A stretch of 44,138 nucleotides of DNA from Psammoneis japonica. Taxonomy: Eukaryota. The DNA lies in the NCBI GenBank assembly GCA_008632985.1, contig QPGO01000081.1, positions 310,001-354,138 on the forward strand. The letters run 5' to 3'. The position numbers and the translations under genes are program-made. The notes below the pieces were generated by a model, which was not told where the DNA came from, searched no databases, and was given only the letters and a program-made list of their open reading frames with translations. Shown here piece by piece: positions 21,933 through 34,594 of the stretch (its first letter is position 1; the number at the start of each line of letters is the position of its first letter).

Positions 21933-23906
21933 TTAGTAGACATCGTCCGCCGTCACTGTGATAACATAGAGGGCCCCTTCCTCCACATAAAAGACACAAG
22001 TTGCAAGGTGTCCGACGAATATAGCGTCTAGTTCCCCATTTTTCTCTATTTCGGCCGCATGTGCCTCTCTGATTTGATCCAGTGTTCGCTTTCCTGCGTT
22101 AATGACGTTGTTCCGTCCTTCTTGGCTTAGTACCCGATTTCGCCTTGTAGGCCCGTCGTCTGCACCTGCATCCTCAGAAATGTTTTGATTTGGCATGTCT
22201 TCAGATGATGTGTTTCGGTTCGGCATGTCCTCTGATTGGGGTGAAGGAGCTCGTCCGGGTGTAGGAGAAAGCGTCGGTTCGAGAGTGGGACCGCATACCC
22301 AACTCTCCAATGGTTCCTCGGTTCCGTAACTAACCTCGTACGTCACTTCGTTGCAAAGAATACACACAATCCAGTGAGTTTTTGATCCTCCATTGCGGCA
22401 TCACTGTTGCTTTCATACTAACTCACGGTCTTCCAAGGTGGCAATCGTAATTGCAGAGAGTGGTGGCGTGACTGAATTTAGGAATGGTGTCATGAGCTCC
22501 GTTAAGAAACTACGTTGACTCCAGTGCGCACCCCGCACCTGCACGGGAGGACAACCTTTACAATCTGTGATTCGTTCATATTCGCGACATGCAGCGGTAC
22601 CTCGTTGATAGGGACCAACGCGGTTCACGCCTGTCAAATTGAAGTTAATTTCATTCCACAGAACTCCTACCATGCAAGAAAGAACGAAGACGAAAGTGAT
22701 TTGACGCCACTGGAACGCAATAGTGACAGGCCAATGTTTTTTCTTTATTGTTCTCTTACCGATTCCAAGAGCTTGCGACGACAAAAGTAAAATCATGAAG
22801 TTATAGTAGCGCATACACCAACACCATTTATATTGTCCATCTCGATTCACTTACCATGTCCTATCAAACAAAAACACATTGAAATTGAGTGGCACATAGT
22901 AACGCTAACCATTTCAGCGGCTCTTCGGTTCCTTTACCTATTTCATGAAGGGCGACAACATAAAGAATATTGAGATCTATCAGAGCTGAAGGTCTTCTTC
23001 ATCAAGAGTGAGTTGAGAAGAAGCCGGAAGTCCCTCCCCAGGACCACCCTTCTCGGTTCGTGGTCGAAGTTGGAGCGGTCCACCGTCCCTAATGCACCCA
23101 TCGGACCGTCAATGGGTTGTACTTTGGAACAGAGCACTAAATCATCCACGACACCCGGTGGCTTAAAACATCCAGGCGGTATCATGTCGCCAAAGTCATA
23201 CGAAGGAAGATCTCCAACAATGATTTGCTCCCAACGCGCAACGGCGTCAAGCACAGCTTGACGATCCTCCTCAAAACCTGTATGCTGCACATCTATATTG
23301 TAAAATCGTGTCGCTATTTGGTGGAAGAGAAGCCGGCTTGTTAGTGAAAAAAGAAGCTGTGGACGTGAATTCCTTTACTACGACACGCAAACTTACAATC
23401 ATCCTCGCTAAAGGCCGGTCCCCCATGGTGTGGTGTCGTGCCAGAAGAACCTTCTGTATTGTACAGAATAATGAGGTGGGTGATTGAGACAAAAAACGCT
23501 TTTTTCATAACAGCAGACTGAAATTCCTTCTCGTACCTCCCTTGGTGGTCTCCGGTGATGCTTTCATGCTCCCTCGCATCCGCCCTCCGTTGCCTGCATA
23601 AAGCGAGCCCATATTATACTCATTCATGTACCCCTGGTCTTGAACGAAATTCATCGTATAGGGATCCATTGCCATTGTATCACCATTCATTGACACCTCC
23701 ATGAACGATCCGAACGATGCCGCTCCACCATTGGCAGTTGCAACCAATTCATCTGGATCTTCATGTGTCGCGGTTTCTTCCTCATCCATCAGCAAGGACC
23801 GAGTTCTCAATTGTGTCGTCTCGCGTGTGACCTGAAAAGACGATAGAAACTCTGCGTTGGCCAGTGCAACACAAAAGAGAGAAAAATAAAGAACGAGTCT
23901 CATCAT
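21933..23906 (-). pseudogene. Leishmanolysin/M8-like metalloprotease copy 2 (short stalk); two apparent frameshifts near 23085 and 22985
   Basis: Paralogous to 2700-5304: signal peptide, THEDPDELVA, RWEQIIVGDL, HEIG-H-ALGIG via micro-exons 22855-22860 and 22760-22771, [17 protein letters not shown]. The frameshifts could be assembly indels. Confidence 0.75.
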
Positions 23907-24240
23907 GGTGAGTTTGTTTGGGGGGGAACGAAAAAAAATGTGGGAGGTTTCGAATTGACCGTTGTCGTACAGTACGTACAGTTACTGTAGTACGGTACAT
24001 ACTGTACGTTGAACGTTCTTTTCTGATAACTTAATTTGAAATATTAAGTGATTTATATATTCATTAAAAACGTACATAACGTCTCCAAAACAACATTTAA
24101 CGCTCGAAGAAGTCTCAAGGGGCAATAGAAAAAATGAGACAGACTAGCCCTACTTGGAACGAAGTCATCGACCATGTGCATGAACTACTAGAGCGGCAAG
24201 ACGAGTGCTCAGCTAATAGAGAGGAATAAAATAGATCATC

Positions 24241-25030
24241 ATGAAGATTCGACGGCAAAAACGACAGGACAATTGCACCCCATTTCGACTAGCAAAAATA
24301 GCCCTCGTCCTTGTGGTATCACTTTGGATCGTTTTCAAGTTTTTCTTTTCTTGGGGCTCAACAACAACAAACAACAGCGACAGCATCAAAAAGGAAAACA
24401 TTGTCACGATTCATATAGAAGGAGTGGATCAACCCGTTCATTTGGAATTGTACGCCAACCAGACGCCGGCCGCGGCGGAGTATATTCGCAATTGGACGCA
24501 ACAAACTCCACCCCAAAATTGCCCGCAATGCAACACGTTGTACCGCGGAGAACCGGTTCCAGAATTGTGGGGCGATCCCTCTTTGCCAGCTACGTGGGAG
24601 GGTGGGAGATGGGGTGAGTGCGAAAAAACGGTAATAGTCTTGTGTCAAACAAAAAACGAGGAGCGTCGTTGTTTCTCATTTTGCAAGTGTGCATTTCTCA
24701 TCCCCTACATGCACAGGCCCACCGTACGCCTTGATTCAAGGACAATTCGGTTCCAATCAACAGGACCCACCTCCACCCGAAGACCATCGTACCGAAATTC
24801 AACGTGGCATGGTTGCATGGGCGGGTGGAAAGGGTGGTCCACACTTTTTTGTTGCCTTGGCGGATCATCCCGAATGGGGGCACTCACACACAGTGTTTGG
24901 AAGGATTGTTGTTGGTGATTTGCAATTGTTGGAAAATCTCTTGGTGACGCACAACTTGGTCACGACGAGACCGAAACAGCCACCGATTATATCGAATTTT
25001 GAAGAACCAATCCACTTTACATTGGAATAG
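24241..25030 (+). CDS. Membrane-anchored cyclophilin-like (PPIase-fold) protein, copy A; exons 24241-24613 and 24717-25030
   Basis: N-terminal hydrophobic anchor; GT..AG intron 24614-24716 gives RWG-PPYALIQG; RGMVAWAGGKGGPHFFVALADHPEWGHSHTVFGRIV resembles the cyclophilin core. Confidence 0.8.
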
Positions 25031-25515
25031 AGTAAGCGGCTAATTACTCTGCTAGGCCAGACTCTGCAGCAGCAGTCGTAGAATGCGGGCACAGAAACTC
25101 GGCTGTTTGACAAAACTGAAGCCTAAAGTAGCGAGAGAGTTTCCATTTTTTCAAAGTCGCGTTTGATATGGCGTTCCTCTTTGCTCTTGATGAAGGATCA
25201 ACACCTTCCAAGTCGATTGAATGAAATGTAAAAAGCAAGAGAGTTGCACGATGCATATCAACCTTTTCCTACTCTTCAGGAAGATGGCGCAGATTCAACA
25301 TGGAACAGACGTAGATGTTGTAAGGGCAGACGAGCAAGAGACGGAGGAGAACACGAATAAACAAGAAATCATACAATGTGGCAAAAGAAAGGAGTGTACG
25401 GTAACCACGAACTCTCTTATGATCACCGCAACGGTCGTCTAATACTATCGTTACTTTTTGAGGTTTAACCCCAGCGTGGATGAGTTGTTCGAATTACGCT
25501 CGCAAGTAAGTAATC

Positions 25516-26950
25516 TCAAGGTGGGAGATCAAAGACGTTGACTCCTTCCGGCATATCCAAGCCGGTATTCAGTCGAATCACATCGCTGAATTTCAAATCG
25601 AAAATGTTGATGATATCAAGATATTTCAGCCTCCTGTGAAAACGCTTTCATAGCATTCAAGTAATAAAATAAGCAGTCGCCATCGCGGAGACGGGTAAAC
25701 TGGTCGCGCAGCACTGTGTCCGTCGAAATGGGTTTCAGCCAATCCTCCAACCCAAGCATCAATGTCGTCCACCGAGTTGTACAGTGTGGCTAGCCCCTGC
25801 TGGGCCTCAATCGGATCAGCAACATTGGAGAAATCTGTTGCTCGAGCAAGTCCGTAGGCCTCGCGGATATAGTCACAAGCGGGAAGCCCATGATCGCGAC
25901 CACGCTGAACATTGAGGGAGGCAAGGTCGAGACCACCAGCACCCGGTTGGCAAAAGAGAAAGTTTCGTACATCATCCACAACAAACATGTCAATTTCCTG
26001 CACCACCTGCTGACAGAATCCACCAATCAGATAATCCACATTTTCTGGGTTGTTGGACAAGAAGGTGGCATTGAAAAAGGTGTGTCATAAACCAATCGAC
26101 CCCCTTTGGATTGTCCCATCTGACAGCATCAAGATGGGCATCAGCATGGCGTGGCCCACACAAAATGCTGCCATTTCAAACTCAGCAGCAATGCCAGGGT
26201 CAACACTTCTGTCAAATCATTGGTGGAGAGAGGGTGCCATGGGCTCAAGCAGCTTGGGAAGGAATTTGTTGCACATGATTGCTTGCATCTCTGCACCAAC
26301 AATCTTGCACTCCAATTGGCACACACGGCTGTTGCTTTCTGTTGGATGTAGCTGCACAATGAACAAAGAGAGTTTGAAGAGCAGAAAGACCAACCTGTTC
26401 ATTGGCTCAAATGTCTCCTGCAAGAAAGAAATCTGTGTGGTCACTTCCTCCCTTGTTCTCAAGGCCATCAACATGAAAAGGGAGAAGCTCACACCCATTT
26501 TAATCAGACTTGTCTTGAGTTTGCCACCTTGTTGTGTGTGCAATGCAAGTGCACCAGACTTGTCAGATCTGCAAATGTTGGAATGATCAATGCATGCCAT
26601 GATTTCATTGATGGCAGGGACTCTCTGAACTTTGCCATTGGGCAGGTCAATGTTGTAAAGATGACCTCATGCCTTTTCTTGATGGGCTGAACTAGAGAGC
26701 TTGGAGAGCAGCTTTTGCATTGTCTGGCATGGCTTGCAAAGGAGCCAGAGCTTCCCCCCACTTTTTTCTTGTGGAAAGCATCTCTTCTCCATTCAATTGC
26801 AAGGTTTTGGCTCACTCACCACAAAGAAAGAATCTCGTTATTGCTGTTTTCAAAGATCAATCTTCAAATTGCATCACATGTCAACAAGTCTCCTTGCATG
26901 ACATTGGACAAGTTTTTTTTGCAGCAGCAGTGCAGCTGCTCAAAACAAAC
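25516..26950 (-). pseudogene. Animal-type heme peroxidase pseudogene, copy A; decay increases toward its 5' end
   Basis: DLASLNVQRGRDHGLP and DIDAWVGGLAE; aligns to 41696-43459 with deletions, frameshifts and many TA>CA/TG and CG>TG/CA changes. The 5' limit is approximate. Confidence 0.88.
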
Positions 26951-27743
26951 TCATCTGCCACACTCTTCCTGCATTTTTTGGGAAGTTGCTGAAACCAGAA
27001 GCAACAAAATGCTCCTCTCATCTGTGTTGGTGTCAGCCATGGCTAGATGCAACACTGTTTTGAATCAAAGGGCAGAGTTCTTTGGGCTTGACTGGTGAGT
27101 TGGTGTGCCAGTTCAGATGCAATTGACTCATCTTTGTCAGACAGAATGCACCATGCAAATCACACAATGAACACGGAGGACAGACGTGCATCAGAGGCAG
27201 CAATGTGGTGGTTTTCAATTTTCTTTGTGCGATTTTCACCAATTGATGTTAATTTTGTTGTGCCTTCAATCACAATTTTCTCATGCAAATTTAACAAACA
27301 ACACACTGCATTTGTCAAACCCGTTTTATGCCAACATTTGTGACCCATTTGTTTTCAATCATTCTCAACAATTCAATTTGATTTTCTCTTTCATTGAATT
27401 TTGCACATTTCCATTTGATCTTGTCATCACATTCATGTCAAAAAGACATCTTTGATTTTGGTTTTTAACAGCTCCACATCACACACACCCCACCGCATTG
27501 ACTGGCATGTCTTCTGCTGTTCGGTGCGCTCCAGTCTCACCCATGCACATTTCCAGTCTCATTTTTCCAGCACCTCCTGGAATTTCTGTGCATGGCTCTC
27601 TACCCGGCTTCGAGCGCTCATTCTGCATGCGCAATCATCCGCGCATTTCACAACAGCACATCCTTCCCCAAACTACATTGGACCTGAGCATGTGCTGTTG
27701 TCATCCACACACTTTCTACGCAAATCACAACTGACCTCTTGCC

Positions 27744-30700
27744 ATGGCAGTCAACGACTTCACCCCGTCCCACGACGAGGTCGACCCCGATCTTCCTTCC
27801 AATTTCCTGATGAATGTGATTTTGATGACATGGAACATTTTGCCAATGGTTTTGGAATGGAATTGTTTGGTCCCAAGCTCAACAGCACAACTTCAATGCG
27901 TGCATCCAAAAAGCAGTTTTTGGAGTCGACGAAATGGACTCCCTCTCCGCAATTTCTTGCTCTTCCCTTCCTTGCCACAAGCCAAAGTTGCATCAAATTC
28001 CACATGTCGCGGAAGTTGTCCGCGCCAACAATGTCATCAGGAAAACTCTTGGACACCCTGACATTTGGTCTTGCATCAAGACTCATGGTTGGTCCCTGAA
28101 GAAATCCCGTTCGCTGAAAGGTCAACACTACCTTCGTCATCAAAATTTGGATGAAGCTCTCCATTTCTCCAAAACACCCTGGGAGACAGTTAAAGAAGAG
28201 GAGCACAGCATGCATCTTCACCGCAACATCAAAGCCATGGCAGAATTTGTCCACATGATTGTCACCGGTGACGACCTGAATGACCCTGTTTCCGGCAAGC
28301 CTTGTTTCCGTTTTCTAAAGTGCAACCTTCTTAAATCATTGATCGACGACCATGCACAAGACCTTCATGGTGCATTTTATGTCACCAAAATTGCAACGTG
28401 TCATGTTCAGTGCAAACAAAATGACTTCGACTGCTGGTTCATGCAGATGTTTTGCCATGTCAAAACGCAAAAGGAGTGGCACCTGTTCATCAACAGCTTT
28501 CTAGTTTCATGCAATTCTAACGACCCGGGCTCCCAGGCAGACAACATTGAGGAACACCTTGCTCCGGACCAAATCGGCAACATGAAGAACAAAGTGACAT
28601 GGCTGGTGATTCCCTTGCCCGTCGGGAGGCGCACAAAGAAAAAATTAATTTCATGTTGAACCATGAATTTGGGAAGTGCTGTCCTGAGGAAAAACCTGGT
28701 GTGCGACCCAAGTGCAGCAAGTTGCTCACAATCCTTCGATGCAGAATGCGTGATCAGAGGGCTGACTGCTTGGATGATGACAACAAATGAGAGCATCAAA
28801 CCAAAACCAAACGCAAAATTGGGAGGACCCGCAAAGACGGCACCTGTTTGTACGATGGCACGTGCCCCCCCTCCCCCCCCTTGTCACTGCATGTTTCGTG
28901 TGCATCCGTCTTCTCACACATCCACATTTTGTCCTCTTGTTTGTGTTTGCTGCGTAAGAGCCTTCCTTGATCATCCCCAACAAGAAGTCCAAGACTGCAT
29001 CACGCTCTGCCAAGGCACGTCCTCCTTCATCTGGCGACCTGCCATCGTCCCGGGAGGCAAACCGCACTCTCGCCGCCAACCTTCCCACTTTGTTGGAAAC
29101 CATGGATTCCCACAAACCTTCCTCTTCCCTGGAAGGTCCTCCCTCCCAGCTGCCAGCCTCTCCACCGGTTGGCACCACGAAAGGCCCGGTTGCATCGTCT
29201 CCCCCACCACCAGACCCCACGACATGTCGTGGTTGGACAAGTCAATCTGTTGCCTCAGACAAAGTTGCTGCTCATGTGTCATGCCTTCACATCATTGACA
29301 AGGCAACCGACACGGAGCGAGTGCTGTTGTGGCTCATGTGCGACTCTTTCTGCCATGCTTTTGACAATGCACAGTCGCGACGGCAGCGCCAAAATCCTGT
29401 GGCTGTGCATGACGAGGCCTGCAAATGCCAGACAGCTGTCCTTCGACGAGCTTTGTTCTGACCGTGGGGTGCAGGCCATGGCAAACACTCAGCATCAAAG
29501 AGATGAGGCAAGGTGTCAAGTTGCGGAAAACATCTGCACGAATGCCAGCATTGAGGTGCGCACTGTCTCTCTGCAGGACGGAAGTGCCACGCACCACCTC
29601 AATTGCAACATTTCTGCAAAGGATTTTGTGTGTCGTGTGAAGTCACGATTCAGCGGGGAAATTGATTTTAAGAACAGTGGATTTATCCAGATTTGCATGG
29701 ACTGTTGCTGGATGCAACGCGGCGAGTGGAACATGACGTCTTTCGGCAATCTTCTTCCGCGAAAACCCAAAAGAGATGATGCTGTCTTGATGCATCCCAA
29801 GTTTGAAAGGTGTCGCATCACAGTCCCATGCAACCTGTGGTCCCTCTCCCAAGTTGTGCGCAACTTGGAGCAAACAGAAGAATGCGCGCTGACTCAATTG
29901 ATGACTCACGAAACGGCGATGGACGAAATTACGACACACCAAACATCGCTCGAAATTGCAGAACAAGACAGGGGGGATTGGCTGGGAAAACCATCTGACC
30001 AGGAAGCCATGTGTTTGGGAGTCACAGAACAGGAAATTCAGGAAACACTTCCAGAAACAGAAAGGGACGCTGTCTTAGACTTCATGAGAGCAGTTCCGAG
30101 TTACGATCCGAAAAAGCCATGGAAGTTTTTTTCGTTCGAAAGAAGCGTGCCAAATTGGCAGACCTGCCTTGACCCATGGCCCCGGTGGTTTCTGGACCCG
30201 CACATTGACGAATGAAGCTGACTCATTCAATTCTAATTAAATTGGGTGAGTGCTGAGGGTTGTCCTGGTTGTGTCGTCTGTTTCCAAAATTGTGCATGTT
30301 CCCAAAATGGCAGGCTCTAACACTCTTTCGAATTACAAAGTGCTGTTTGCAGTTGCCAATTTTCGATCATGCCCATCAACCGCTTTTGTGAAACTTGGCC
30401 GCCCATGTTTTTCTCCTGTCTTGAACTGCCCAAACATGCTTTGTCTTCTCGTGTGACTCGGCAATTTCCGGTTGTTCCTCGCACACCTGCAATTTTTCAC
30501 CGACCGCCTAAATTGGAGCCAAGTGCAGTTTTGGAGCATGCACAGCTTTGTTGCGTGTGGACAAATCTTGGTTTTTTACTTGATCCAATTGCCATTGACT
30601 GACAAGGTGGTGTGTTGCATGCATTCCACCATGGTGCGCTTGTCGCCTGGCAAGTGCAAGGATGCACAATTGCAAATGACTCACCATCGCTCTGTCTTTG

Positions 30701-31900
30701 AAAGAAAGAATGAAGTCGTGAAGGGAAGAACAAACCACCACGCCGAGTTCCAAAGTTTGCATTTGCCCAGTCATGAATGGCGCCTTCACTGTTGTGGTCA
30801 GGGTGTGCGCAGCAAGTGTCGACACCGTTTTTGTTGCAACACTCAGTTTTGCAAAGAAGGCTTTTGGTCTGGTTCTCTCCGTCACCAACACATTCCTTCC
30901 ACTTTTTCCCTGCAAATTTCAGGAGCACAGGGTGCACCTGGCACTGCTTTTGTTTTCCCTGGGTCGATGGTTGGGCACCGGGAGGAAGGAACCATCCAAG
31001 GACCCCTGCTTGCAAAGAGACTGCATGGACATGCATCGTTTAATTGGCTCATGCAGCAAGGTCACGTGCGGTGACTTGGGCAAAGAGCCCCTGGATGTCA
31101 AAGAGATTTGGGAGATTCATTTGAAAAACATGGAAAGAGATGAACGAACCATCAAGGAGAAATGGAAGGAACTGTGGGAAACCAAATGCAACATTGTGAG
31201 ACGGGTGCATGAGAACATGCATGGATGGACCAGGGAAGTGAGGGAACACATGCACGCTGCACAGGCCATGTTCTCCATTCACGACAAGGACGAGCGTTCA
31301 AGTTGATCATCGAGCGAGCAAGGAATGCTCACAAAACACGGCAGCATTGGAACTTGCCAGCAATGCACCCGGAGAGGCAGGGAGAACAGCATTCGGCAAG
31401 CGGTTGGTTAAACAAACCAGACGATGAGCTGCATGATGGGTTGCAGCAGGATCAAGGGATGGCAAGCTTTGTCTGGCGATTGACAAGCAAGATGTTGATT
31501 CGTTGAGAGAGGAATCAACCATCAGCTTGCCCACATGTGGAATGGACCAAAGCGGGAATTGCGGACCACTTGCATTGGACAACGGTTTGGGAGATGTGTG
31601 CAAACTGGTCATGGACAGAAAGGGCATCATGTTTGATGCCAGGAAGCTGGCGCATTTGTTCGAGCGACAAGCAGAGCGAGACGCACCTTGCAGGTTGTGG
31701 CGGTGTGACGAATTGGAGTTCTTTGAATTGACACCAAGGAAGGTCAACAGTTGGATCTTGGAAATCATCGAGAAAATGGGCTTGGGTGGGGGGTCCAATG
31801 GCCATTGTGATGATGAAAAGGACAGGAAACTGCGGAGACAACATCTAAAAATGAAGAAAGAAAAGATCCGATGTCATCACATAAGCGTTTCATTGGTTGT
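27744..31900 (+). other. Series of degenerate plus-strand coding remnants of unknown identity, probably internal genes of a large mobile element
   Basis: Protein-like stretches (28237-28800, 29400-30215, 31080-31870) with Tyr nearly absent and Cys/His enriched, in TA-depleted DNA. No family motif recognised. Confidence 0.35.
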
Positions 31901-31989
31901 GTCAGTGAGGTAACCAGCGTGTTTGATCGCATGACTGATTGCTCATGTGAGGGGAGGTGCAGCGATTTTGTCATTGTCCATTTAGAGGA

Positions 31990-33390
31990 GGATGCAATGC
32001 CACCCCATGTCGGCATGGCAAGACAACTGTGCAAGTTGACGCGCAAAGCGATTTGATGCTTGCAAACATGGGTTCGCAGACGGAGACATTGGTGGTGGCA
32101 GTGTTGGATGCGACAGATCAAAAAGCATGGGATTCTGGACATGTGACAAGCGATTGTCTGAAAGGGACATTCAAAAGTTTTCAGGAGGAGATGGCGCAAA
32201 TGATGCATTCTGAGCTGGACGGTTTCAAGACCATTTTACGGTCCTTTCCCGCGGGCGACGGCAACACGTGCACGAATGGCCACGTTGGTGCAGCTTCTGA
32301 CGATGGTCCAGTGGAAACCACCTTTTGCTGTGACAACAAAACACACATGGTTCCAAAGCAATTTCGTCTTCCATCGGGAACAACAGTCAAGGAAGGCCTG
32401 AGATTTTGGCTTTCTGGCCAAACCGCATCAGTTGATGGTGCAAGGTCATGCGACCTTTTCGAGACCTTGTGCCCTCCTCTCTCCCACCAGAGGCAAGGAA
32501 GGTTCACTCTGTTCAGTGGAGTCCTGTCTTTTGCTTTGTTGAGAATGCACTGTCAGAGCAAGATGAGTCACTCGGCGCTGACTTGGATTTTGATGATTTG
32601 CACGAAAAGTGTGTCGCGTGCTTGAAGGAGCATGCCTTGCATTGCTTTGCCAAAGGAGATCCCATGGGGTGGAGCCTTGGAACTTGGAGCAACAGGGGTG
32701 AGTTGTTCAACGATGCTAAAAAGTGGCACCGAGTCGGACAAAGGATTTTTGAAAGCTGGTGCAAGCAGAGACAAACCTCGGTGTGCTGCAACTCGAAAGC
32801 ACGGTCCTCGCAATGCGAGACATCCAGGTCACCAACGCAGATGCCTTGAGGATGAAAGCGTGGCAGAATCAAGAGTGGGAGAAGAGGATGCCTTTGCCAA
32901 AGCTTTCAGTGGTGCAGAGGACAGAATGACAGATCACATGCGTGAGCGAGACGAAGAAATCAGAGCTGAAGCAGAGCGGGAAATGGTGGCAGAACAAGCT
33001 CAGCAACAGAAAGAGTGGGCCCAAACTGGTGATGGAGTGGGCACTGATGGTGCTCTTCTTTGCGCCCATCAGACAAATGGCATTGAACAGAATTGTGGCA
33101 ACAACTCGTTTTCGGCACGAGTGTCGCATGGCGAAAAAGTTGGTCATGCGATTGACTCCGATTCTGCTGGTGCTGGTGTTGGCATGGGCAAGGCGGGGAC
33201 CAAACCAACTCAACCTGGTGTGTGTCCAATTGTTGGATGCACTTGCTTTTGCACCGTTCCTGATCACAAGTGCAAAAACAAGAGCTGCAACAAGTGCGCC
33301 CGCTGCTTGTGTGCACAACGTTGCAGCTTGACGAGTGCAAGCAATGAACTGAGCGTGCATTGTTCAATTGCATGCAAAGGCAGTGATTGG
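31990..33390 (+). mobile_element. C-terminal portion of a Crypton-like element protein followed by a Cys-rich finger, degenerate
   Basis: PPHV..RQL, KAWDSGHVT, HMVPKQFRLPSG..GLRFWLSG, RPFRDL..LP..QWSPVF and WSLGTWS resemble the C-terminal domain of stramenopile Crypton proteins. No recombinase core seen here. Confidence 0.5.
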
Positions 33391-34594
33391 ATGTTTTGTC
33401 ATTGGTCAGTGTGGTGTCATCACTGCATTTTACTTTTGTGAGAGCAGCTGAAGAAGTGGTCCAAGAGGTGTCTCAAGCAGCCCACTCTGATGCAGGTGGT
33501 GAAGCCAACGGTGATGGTGAGGGGAACGACGGTGAAGTTGGACATGCCGCTCCATCTTGTGATTGGCAGCGCTGGATGGTTTGGCAAAAGTGTTCAGTGT
33601 TGTCAAAAATGCTTTGATCGTTCATTCTGTTGTCAATGCGCCTGTCTAACTTGCCAGTTCTGAGAGTGTTTTTTGGACAAAACAGAAATCCACAATTCTC
33701 AACAACACACAACGAGACCAACCCAGTGGGATGCATTGTGCAATTGCTCCCAATGTTGAAAAAACAAGTGGAGAAATTGGTGCAAGCATCATTGAGACAT
33801 CACGTCGTAAAGTGGGACACCGGCGGCACGCATCATTGTGCTGCTGCAGTTTCTTGCGTGTGACTTTGAAACACATGTTCAACGATGCATGTCGGCAATG
33901 CAATGAACTCACTCACTCCATTGTCACAATTTTGGTTTGGACATCTTTAAAAAATGTCCAGCGGTGATTGTAAAAAAATCGCAGTCAACGGAAATTAAAC
34001 ACAACATGGTGCCTTTGCTGCAGGCAAAGGGGGAAATGCCTCTTTGACTTCGAGAAAATTTTCGAAGGACCGCCCACTTCGTGTTGGCTGCAGTCACGTG
34101 AGAGGCTTTGCATTTTACACTCATTGACGAAATTGTGGGTCTTGCAATCGAGTGAATCAATCCCATCAAGGGTGGTCAGTTGCCACTTTTTTTAGCTCGA
34201 ATTCGGCCGAATAGCTCGTGTTTTGCATGATTTTTCCTGGATTTCACCGTGCTTCACCGTGGTGAAAACAACAAGCCATGAGTCTGTGACGGAGGTGGTC
34301 CGTCCCACCAACTCTCATTTGTTTTATGTTTGTCATGCATCAAAGATTGTGTGCACATGAAAAGTTGGTAGACGGCAAACTACGTTTTTGAGAAATGTCG
34401 ATGATTGTCATCATCGTCGTGCTTCGATCGCGGTGCTGATGGTTCTCGTTTTCGTGTGCGATCGGGTGTGACTATGAACAATTCTTGTATTCAAAAATAA
34501 ACACTATAAAAAACCTTATTCAAATGCAACGGTAATTTTAGGATAAACGCGGGGATGACCCCCCTTAAAACAGGTCTGTTTTAAGGTAACGGCA

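Noticed and set aside
30860..31130. Faint RNase III-like appearance
   Set aside because: No recognisable signature motif or catalytic acidic residues; too degenerate to call.
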